IMG/VR virus record: IMGVR_UViG_3300035540_000034 | Coordinates: 1 to 61,034 of that record | Direction: 5' to 3' (one strand) | DNA length: 61,034 bases | Source of the DNA: a virus | In this document: piece after piece, positions 27,644-33,407 of the stretch | Layout: the number at the start of each line of letters is the position of its first letter | Position numbering within the stretch: the first letter of the stretch is position 1 | The notes under the pieces: generated by a model | The model's database searches: none | What the model was told of the DNA's origin: nothing | What the model saw: the letters and a program-made list of their open reading frames with translations, nothing else | Translations under genes and position numbers: made by a program

Positions 27644-28089
27644 AGTATCCCTCCTTGTTACTCTAGAGTTTAAATTTAGAAAAGAAAGCATGCTTTTCTC
27701 TCTAGAGAGTGATTGTGCCTCTACAATAATATTTATAGTGGTAGGTTGTAGAGGGATTTGGTCACGTACAATTTTCCACCATTTCTAAGTCCAAGTGGTA
27801 GGTTGCACATTTCTAGAAAAAGAGGGTAGTTTTTCTGGATTAAGGGTGAATGTAACCTTTTGTATTGAAGTGTCTTAGAGACTGGTTTTACTTGATTGTA
27901 ACCAAGGAGGGGTAGGTTGTAATAATAAAAAAAAAGAGAGGCTACAGTGAGAAAGGAGAAATAATGATCACATAAACAAGAATTACGTAACATACTTAAA
28001 ACACTACAACCTCTCTGATCACAAAACAAAAGAAGGACTACCTCTGGAATAATGATATACTTGAGAGAAAAATCAGAAAAACTCTCAAC

Positions 28090-28110
28090 AAGAGGCAGCC
28101 CTCTTTTTAT
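28090..28110. terminator. Hairpin plus T-run closing the 31584-28123 operon (works better on the plus strand, possibly bidirectional)
   Basis: AAGAGG cagc CCTCTT followed by TTTTATTTAT on the plus strand. On the minus strand the U-run is displaced by 8 nt. Confidence 0.45.
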
Positions 28111-28122
28111 TTATAGCACAAC

Positions 28123-28410
28123 TTAGTTAGGAGGACTAGGTTGTTCTTCGCTTTGTTTAGGGGTATCTGGTTCGTGTTTGTATAGTTCCATCTTAGGTTT
28201 AATACCTAAGGCTGAGGTTATACTAACTATCTCTAACAGAGAAGGTCTTTTTTGTAGGGATAGTATCTTTCTCAGTCTTCTCTTTCTAATACCTGCAATA
28301 GCAGCTATTTGATTTATCTTGATAGGATTAGTTCCTATGTAATTGTTAAGCGGTACGACAACATTACGGGAAAGAATATTAGCTTCCATTTCTAGTGAAA
28401 AATCTTTCAT
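28123..28410 (-). CDS. Small helix-turn-helix DNA-binding protein (Cro/excisionase-like candidate, 95 aa)
   Basis: INQIAAIAGIRKRRLRKIL ... LLEIVSITSALGI resembles an HTH. Weak, by eye. Confidence 0.45.
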   Translation of the reverse strand: MKDFSLEMEANILSRNVVVPLNNYIGTNPIKINQIAAIAGIRKRRLRKILSLQKRPSLLEIVSITSALGIKPKMELYKHEPDTPKQSEEQPSPPN

Positions 28411-28700
28411 TTGTCTTCTCCTTGTGGTGTTATAAGGTTTTGGTCAGGTAGGTTACAGGGTATTGTCCCAGTTCCATCACTAGGTGCCAAGTTTGGTGTA
28501 TCCCAATCCTGATATGGGCTAGGTTCAGGGTATTTAGGTTGTATAACAAGTTGTGGTTTTAGCTTTAAGATATACTTCTTCAACGCTGTTTTGCTTAGCA
28601 GGTTTTGTAAGGTTTGGATAAAGTCTTCTGCTGTCATATTGTCAATATCTGTTGTTTGTATTTCCAGAATGTTGTCTTTTTTATCTAGTTTTACAATCAT
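28407..28700 (-). CDS. Hypothetical protein (97 aa)
   Basis: Overlapping stop/start coupling on both sides. Confidence 0.55.
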   Translation of the reverse strand: MIVKLDKKDNILEIQTTDIDNMTAEDFIQTLQNLLSKTALKKYILKLKPQLVIQPKYPEPSPYQDWDTPNLAPSDGTGTIPCNLPDQNLITPQGEDK

Positions 28701-28888
28701 AAAATACCTCTCTTAATCTCCTTATATCTTGCTTTAAAGGCTTGTCTACGTAAGTTAAAACAAAGTTTACCCATCCAACCAAACCTCAGTTTGTTTTCAT
28801 CTCTTTTCATCAGACGTTGCAGTCTTTCAAGTTTACTTATCTGTTGTGGTGTTAGTTCTTTTGGTTTTAGTATTGTTGCTGTTGACAT
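28697..28888 (-). CDS. Small basic protein (63 aa)
   Basis: AAAGGA RBS. Lys/Arg-rich. Confidence 0.5.
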   Translation of the reverse strand: MSTATILKPKELTPQQISKLERLQRLMKRDENKLRFGWMGKLCFNLRRQAFKARYKEIKRGIL

Positions 28889-28974
28889 GTATAATCCTTT
28901 TATGTGTTAGTAGGCTAAAGTGTTTTAAAATCATAGCAGCCTCATCAATAGCTTTGATGGACTCTATAGCCTGT

Positions 28975-29289
28975 TTATCTGTGATTACTCTTGGCAATAA
29001 GCTCTTCATTAAGCTCATGTGATTTAACCCTTTCTGCAATCCTCATAAAAGCTAAGTCCTTAGCATTCTGGAAGTCAGGATCGCTACGTCTGTAAGCAGC
29101 TTTAAGCATACGTTTTGTCTCTTTAGCTTTCCTAACCATCTCTGTTAACTCATGCTTAGGCCTAAGCTTTCCCTTCTGGTCTACTGTTCTTGTCTCTATC
29201 ATGATGAATCTGTAATAGCAGAGCCAGTGATGGTAGGCTTGCAAGTTGATATCAAGCTCCATTAACATCTGTCTGACTCTTAGGATCAA
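28975..29289 (-). CDS. Hypothetical protein (up to 104 aa; start uncertain between 29289, 29268 and 29262)
   Basis: ORF in operon register with several in-frame Met codons. Confidence 0.45.
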   Translation of the reverse strand: MILRVRQMLMELDINLQAYHHWLCYYRFIMIETRTVDQKGKLRPKHELTEMVRKAKETKRMLKAAYRRSDPDFQNAKDLAFMRIAERVKSHELNEELIAKSNHR

Positions 29290-29491
29290 GCATGTTAGAC
29301 ATGATGAGGAACATCTGTATAAATAGTTTCAAGATCTGCTTCTTGGTCATGGTCTTGGTATATTTAGCTATATCTTTGTAGATAAGCTCTACTAGATCGC
29401 CTTTAGGACTCTCTGGTAGATTGTTGATAGAGCTAATGATCTTGCCAATTATGAAGAATATCTTGTTATTACGTTTTCTGCTTATGTTCAT
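29252..29491 (-). CDS. Hypothetical protein (79 aa)
   Basis: ATG 29491 lies 5 nt after AAAGGAG; the ORF-track start 29512 is an extension. Confidence 0.5.
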   Translation of the reverse strand: MNISRKRNNKIFFIIGKIISSINNLPESPKGDLVELIYKDIAKYTKTMTKKQILKLFIQMFLIMSNMLDPKSQTDVNGA

Positions 29492-29762
29492 TTGAACTCC
29501 TTTGTAGTTCAATGGTTGATCGATAACGTTCTTTTAATGCTGATACTGTACTGGTTAGTGGTTTTTCATCCACAATGTTAAGGCCAAGTACATCTGCAAG
29601 GGCGAACAAGACGGTGAACCTGTCTATGGTTCTACGGATAAGATAGACAACCTCCTCTAAGCTTACATCTTGAGTTTTGTCTAAATAGTTGTTAGCGTCA
29701 TCTACCGTCTTGTCTAACGCATCCTTGTACCTGTTCAGCCATATTCTGGCTCCTTTGCTCAT
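29469..29762 (-). CDS. Hypothetical protein (97 aa)
   Basis: ORF in operon register. Confidence 0.55.
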   Translation of the reverse strand: MSKGARIWLNRYKDALDKTVDDANNYLDKTQDVSLEEVVYLIRRTIDRFTVLFALADVLGLNIVDEKPLTSTVSALKERYRSTIELQRSSNEHKQKT

Positions 29763-29782
29763 TTTACAACCTTTTCTAGTGA

Positions 29783-30064
29783 TTAGTCGTCATTAGGTTC
29801 TGTTGATTGTGGCTTGTGTGCTTCTTTGCTTTCTGCCTCTTTAATAGCTTCCTGAAGCTCTGTTTCGCGTCTGTCGAACTCTTTCCTAAGAGCTTCAAGG
29901 TTGATGTACTTTTCTACATCTTCTTTCTTGAAGTTGAGTGCTTCAAAGATGCTCAGTACAGCATCTAAAGCTTCTGGTACGTCCTCTCCTGTTGATGAGG
30001 CAGCATAGCTGGCTGCTCTGTCTTGTTGAGGCTGGGTGACTCCTGTGATTGAAATCTTAATCAT
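29783..30064 (-). CDS. Acidic small protein (93 aa)
   Basis: AAGGAG RBS. Glu/Asp-rich C-half. Confidence 0.55.
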   Translation of the reverse strand: MIKISITGVTQPQQDRAASYAASSTGEDVPEALDAVLSIFEALNFKKEDVEKYINLEALRKEFDRRETELQEAIKEAESKEAHKPQSTEPNDD

Positions 30065-30080
30065 TCTGTACTCCTTTGTG

Positions 30081-30356
30081 TTAAAGTTGTTTGTACTCTT
30101 CGTAGTTACAAGCTATCCATTGATAATTGATAAGATCCTGTAGTGTATCTTCTAGAGCAAGCTCTCGATCGGGAACCTTGTCAGGATCTTGATCTAAGAT
30201 ATCGGATAGTCTTACCGTCTTGAGCATGGCTAACATCAGGGCAACCTTCTGCGGGGTGAGCTTTCCATCGCTACCGCCCCACAGTATGGCTAACCCTTCA
30301 AAACTGTCTCCATACTCTTGCTTACGTTTACGGATCAGTTCTTTGTCTACTGTCAT
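30081..30356 (-). CDS. Hypothetical protein (91 aa), resembles small phage helical domains found next to MazG-type genes
   Basis: R..EYGDSF...A.LW......T...VALMLAMLK..R pattern. Weak. Confidence 0.45.
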   Translation of the reverse strand: MTVDKELIRKRKQEYGDSFEGLAILWGGSDGKLTPQKVALMLAMLKTVRLSDILDQDPDKVPDRELALEDTLQDLINYQWIACNYEEYKQL

Positions 30357-30656
30357 TTAGGCTACCGCCTTTACTGTATCTTTCTTTTTGTAAGTTATTG
30401 CTATGTCCATGTTTAATATTCTGGACTTACCTGCTATCTCACGTCTCTTCCTTGTATTCATCGTATCAGTGTTAAGTTCTTCCAGAAACCTAAGATAGTT
30501 GTCGTAAGAAAGGATTATCCAACTAGGTCTGAAGCCAGTTCTAGTCATAAACTCTGTTCTTACTTCTTGTATCCTGTCTGAGACGGTTTCTTTGACAGTT
30601 TGGGAATTGTCGTCTTGGGTAAATAAGTCTGGTTCTGCATTAAAAGTTTTTCCCAT
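30357..30656 (-). CDS. Hypothetical protein (99 aa)
   Basis: The stop of this ORF abuts the next start. Confidence 0.55.
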   Translation of the reverse strand: MGKTFNAEPDLFTQDDNSQTVKETVSDRIQEVRTEFMTRTGFRPSWIILSYDNYLRFLEELNTDTMNTRKRREIAGKSRILNMDIAITYKKKDTVKAVA

Positions 30657-31110
30657 GTAATCTATCCCTCTGCTTGTTAAAGCGATATTTTAGCTTGATA
30701 TGTCTATCCAGGTCAAAGCTATGTTTAGTTTGTAGCCTTCCTACTAGGTCGGCTAGCCTGATGAATGTATCAGCTATTTCTTCGGGAAAGCTGCCTTTGA
30801 TCTTCTCTTGGTAGGCCTTAAAAAACTTTTTATCATTCTGGATCTTCTCAACCTGACTCAAAGTATCAGCAGTGGGGAAGATATTTTCAGGTTTATCAGC
30901 ACAACGAAATGTCTCAAAAGCCTCAGCTAGCTCTGTAACTATCAACATAAGGCTGGTACCCAGCTCCTTTGGGTTATCCCAAAACCCTTTTTCTTTTGCC
31001 AGTTCGTGTGATTGTTTTACTAGTTTTGGAATAGTCAAGGAAGGCTTAAACACGTTAATGGTGTTGGATCGTCCTTCATAGCCTACTCTAAGTTTGTCTC
31101 GATGCTCCAT
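30640..31110 (-). CDS. mazG: MazG-like nucleoside triphosphate pyrophosphohydrolase (156 aa)
   Basis: LIVTELAEAFE and EEIADTFIRLADL motifs. ATG 31110 lies 6 nt after AAGGAG. The ORF-track N-terminal 29 aa are the tRNA read in frame. Confidence 0.7.
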   Translation of the reverse strand: MEHRDKLRVGYEGRSNTINVFKPSLTIPKLVKQSHELAKEKGFWDNPKELGTSLMLIVTELAEAFETFRCADKPENIFPTADTLSQVEKIQNDKKFFKAYQEKIKGSFPEEIADTFIRLADLVGRLQTKHSFDLDRHIKLKYRFNKQRDRLHGKNF

Positions 31111-31136
31111 TTGATCTCCTTTGTTTAGCTTAAATT

Positions 31137-31211
31137 TGGTAGCGGGGGTAGGATTCGAACCTACAACCTCAAGGTTATGGGCCTTGCGAGCTGCCATTGC
31201 TCTACCCCGCT
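31137..31211 (-). tRNA. tRNA with anticodon CAT (Met, or Ile2 if lysidinylated); CCA encoded
   Basis: Hand-folded cloverleaf. Acceptor AGCGGGG/CCCCGCT, D stem GAGC/GCTC, anticodon stem CAAGG/CCTTG with loop CCCATAA, T arm GTAGG-TTCGAAT-CCTAC. 75 nt. Confidence 0.85.
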
Positions 31212-31212
31212 G

Positions 31213-31584
31213 TTAATTGCCTGCCTTGTCTTCACAGCGATAGTGTGATGTCTCTTTCAACAAGGCAAACAAGTCTTCTGCTTTTAGAATTGCTACCCAT
31301 TCACCTCTAGGGTAGCTGTCTTTTTTGTTTGTCTTCTTGTACCGGTGGATAACTACGGGGGTTTGATGGCTACCGCCATCTTCAATAGCTTGTTTGAGTG
31401 GCCCTACGTAGTTAAATCTTTCTGCTGATTTCACTTCCAAGTGAATATCTTTTAGCTCATGAATAATATCTGGAGAGTTCTCTCCACCTTTGAACTGCTG
31501 TCCACGTTTAGCGTTTATATTTCTGTCTCTTAGGAACTTAGCAAACTCTAGTTCCATCCTTTTACCTTTTTTCTTTGAATTCAT
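31213..31584 (-). CDS. PD-(D/E)XK nuclease, Hjc/archaeal-type Holliday junction resolvase-like (123 aa)
   Basis: GKRMELEFAKFL...G..A.R......GGENSPDII......IHLEVKS matches the E...D..(E)VK nuclease core. First gene of the early operon. AGGAGG RBS. Confidence 0.6.
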   Translation of the reverse strand: MNSKKKGKRMELEFAKFLRDRNINAKRGQQFKGGENSPDIIHELKDIHLEVKSAERFNYVGPLKQAIEDGGSHQTPVVIHRYKKTNKKDSYPRGEWVAILKAEDLFALLKETSHYRCEDKAGN

Positions 31585-31607
31585 TTTACCTATCCTCCTA
31601 TCAAACT

Positions 31608-31644
31608 AGTGCCGGTGTGGGGTAAAACCATAAACACCGGCACT
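31608..31644 (-). promoter_or_regulatory. Perfect 11-bp inverted repeat (15-nt loop) in the 5' leader of the early operon
   Basis: AGTGCCGGTGT (31608-31618) / ACACCGGCACT (31634-31644). Lies between the predicted promoter and the RBS. Confidence 0.6.
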
Positions 31645-31748
31645 GAAATCTTTGTTACTCAGTTATACTGCACATTTGTTTCTGTTTCAATCCTTAATCT
31701 CCACCTCTATTCAACTCAAAAGATCTTGCTGTCCAACAATCTGATGAC

Positions 31749-31787
31749 ATAATTACACAACGCTTTATGTTGTCAAGTAATTTTTTT
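31749..31787 (-). promoter_or_regulatory. Sigma70/SigA-type early promoter (leftward) with upstream A-tract
   Basis: Minus strand reads AAAAAAATTAC-TTGACA-13 nt-TGT-AATTAT. That is the -35 consensus, a 16-nt spacer (its last 3 nt are the TGn) and an extended -10. Confidence 0.5.
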
Positions 31788-31897
31788 ATCACCTTGAATT
31801 TTAGTTGGATTTGAAGAGCACATAATTTTTACTTAGCTGTCCAGAATGTTTGCTCGGTTACTGTCAATTGAATGGTAATTCAGTTTTTGAGGAGAAC

Positions 31898-32049
31898 CAG
31901 GAGTGAGGACTGACCGACTGACCGACCGACTAACTGACTGACTGACCGACTGACTGAGTGAGCATATATATAAATATATATATGCGAACGAAGGAAGGAG
32001 GGAAGGAAGGAAGGCAGGAGGGAGGGAAGGAGGGAAGGACGAACGACTG
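31898..32049 (+). repeat. 152-nt quasi-palindrome: (ACYG)x12 arm, AT-rich tip, (RGGM)x12 arm; Watson-Crick pairs alternate with tandem G.A oppositions
   Basis: Pairing p+q=63947 gives 75 positions per arm: 43 WC, 31 G.A/A.G and 1 A.C, with no indel. See findings. Confidence 0.9.
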
Positions 32050-32471
32050 AAAGAGGAGCAAGGAGAAAGGCGAGTAACACGAGCCTTTCGGCTCTTCTAA
32101 TATCTCTTTTCTTTGTTAATTCTTTGTAACCTTTCTTATTAGGCTTCTTCAGCCTTTGACCAAGATAAAATAAAATTGTGGACTTGCTCACCTACGCGTA
32201 AGCCTCACCTAAGGGTTGGTACCCTGTCATGAGTTTATAAAAAATACAGCCCTGAGACTCATTTGTATAGCTAGGATCAAAGATCTTTTTTAAGAAGTGG
32301 TATCGGCTTGCTTAAAAATTATCGTGTCTTAGAGAGCCTAATATTACCTCACAGCATAAACCAGCTTTAATGAGTGTGTATGAAAAAAATACAAAGCTTA
32401 TAAGTGTATAGCAGTAAAGGATGTAGGGGAATACTGACCGAGAGTCAAGTCTGGGCTGCGTAAAAAAAAAA

Positions 32472-32500
32472 TTGACAGATAGACTCTGAGAACATATCTT
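32472..32500 (+). promoter_or_regulatory. Sigma70/SigA-type promoter for the plus-strand (late/structural) block
   Basis: A10 tract, TTGACA (32472-32477), 17-nt spacer, TATCTT (32495-32500). Lies 31 nt upstream of the first plus-strand ATG. Confidence 0.45.
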
Positions 32501-32530
32501 GTCGCAGAGGATTTAAAGCTGGAATAGATT

Positions 32531-32932
32531 ATGACGGAGTTAACAGAATTGAACAGAAACAAAAAACAGATTTTAGGCTATGCACAGGCTTACCTGTCAT
32601 TGCTGTTCGAGCTGGCATCCTTACCTCCCAATGACCGTGATCGATTGAGAGGTGAACAAGAGCTCAACATGTTACAAACCGAGCTTAACAACAGGGGGCT
32701 AAAGATCGCTCCTATCAATTTAGACTTACAGGAGAGAGCAATGGATGAAAAGTATTATGTAAAATTCTACAAAACATTCAACAATGGTAGTAAGGTTAAG
32801 GATGGACGTGGCAATGTTTTGGACGTTGACCATGGTGGCAGAGTTTGCAAAGCAAAAGATCTGCGCTTCCTTATGGACTTTGGTGAGGGATTTCTACATG
32901 TAGAACGTATTCTGGACGAGAAGGTCAGCTGA
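32531..32932 (+). CDS. Hypothetical protein (133 aa), first gene of the plus-strand block
   Basis: Long ORF with a weak RBS. Confidence 0.55.
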   Translation: MTELTELNRNKKQILGYAQAYLSLLFELASLPPNDRDRLRGEQELNMLQTELNNRGLKIAPINLDLQERAMDEKYYVKFYKTFNNGSKVKDGRGNVLDVDHGGRVCKAKDLRFLMDFGEGFLHVERILDEKVS

Positions 32933-32934
32933 AT

Positions 32935-33264
32935 ATGGAAGTTCAAAATAGTTACGCTTTCGGCTATATCGAGATAGAGCCTGTGCAGGTTGTCAAGAAG
33001 GATGGTTTGATATTGCCTGAAACAAAAGGTATACATGCTACCAAGATAGGTCGAGTTGTTTCTGGCCATCTCAAAGACAAACTAATCCTATATCTAGGTA
33101 ACACTCAGGTAAAAGCAGAATGTACAGACAGAAACAGAACCTTTGTTCCTATTAGTGCCTGCTATGCTACAGTTACAGCAGACTCGGATGAGGAAGTTAT
33201 TGAAGCAACCGAAGTAAGCAAGTATTATTCGCGGGAGTCAGAAGCTGAATGGCGTAGCTATTAG
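32935..33264 (+). CDS. Possible GroES/Cpn10-fold protein (109 aa)
   Basis: IEIEPVQVVKKDGLILPETKG....KIGRVVSG resembles the Cpn10 mobile-loop/beta-barrel pattern. Weak. Confidence 0.35.
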   Translation: MEVQNSYAFGYIEIEPVQVVKKDGLILPETKGIHATKIGRVVSGHLKDKLILYLGNTQVKAECTDRNRTFVPISACYATVTADSDEEVIEATEVSKYYSRESEAEWRSY

Positions 33265-33381
33265 CAACTAAAAAAAAAGGGTGCCCGAACCTAGTAACTA
33301 GAAAACTTGGCGGAGATCTTAGTTACTGAAGTTCACAGGAGTCACATCCCTTTGGCACCTCGTGTTTATAGATACAATCCG

Positions 33382-33407
33382 CCTCTAAATTGTCAAGAGG
33401 TTTTTTT
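33382..33407 (+). terminator. Short hairpin plus T7 run immediately upstream of the 33408 start (attenuator/terminator candidate)
   Basis: CCTCT (33382-33386), loop aaattgtca, AGAGG (33396-33400), TTTTTTT. The 3' arm doubles as the RBS. Confidence 0.35.

Noticed and set aside
27951-27975. Three-codon plus-strand mini-ORF (ATG ATC ACA TAA) behind a strong AAAGGAGAAATA RBS
   Set aside because: Too short to support as a gene. It could be a leader peptide, but there is no downstream plus-strand gene. Noted only as part of the odd island.
27733-28029. 98-aa minus-strand ORF in the non-coding island
   Set aside because: No RBS, and the composition is junk-like. Its three NLPL strings are just the CAACCTACC DNA motif translated.
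28833-29039. 68-aa ORF between 28697..28888 and 28975..29289
   Set aside because: It would overlap both neighbours by 40-65 nt, has no RBS and ends in low-complexity NSNNTKTKRTNTTTDK. The 86-nt gap it covers is more likely non-coding.
31111-31197. N-terminal 29 aa of ORF 30640..31197 (MAARKAHNLEVVGSNPTPATKFKLNKGDQ)
   Set aside because: This stretch is the tRNA gene translated in frame; the VVGSNPTPAT-type string is the classic T-arm artefact. The real MazG start is ATG 31110 with an AAGGAG RBS.
32081-32094. Small hairpin GAGCC-tttc-GGCTC plus T-rich tail as a terminator
   Set aside because: The stem is only 5 bp and no upstream plus-strand gene exists. It is probably incidental or part of the larger non-coding element.
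31880-32191. 103-aa minus-strand ORF from the ORF track (..LLPSLLPSFLPSFLRSHIYIYIYAHSVSRSVSQLVGRSVGQ..)
   Set aside because: It is the in-frame reading of the tetranucleotide, AT and purine tracts of the quasi-palindrome. It has a GTG start and low-complexity periodic sequence. The DNA-level symmetry explains the region better than a protein does.
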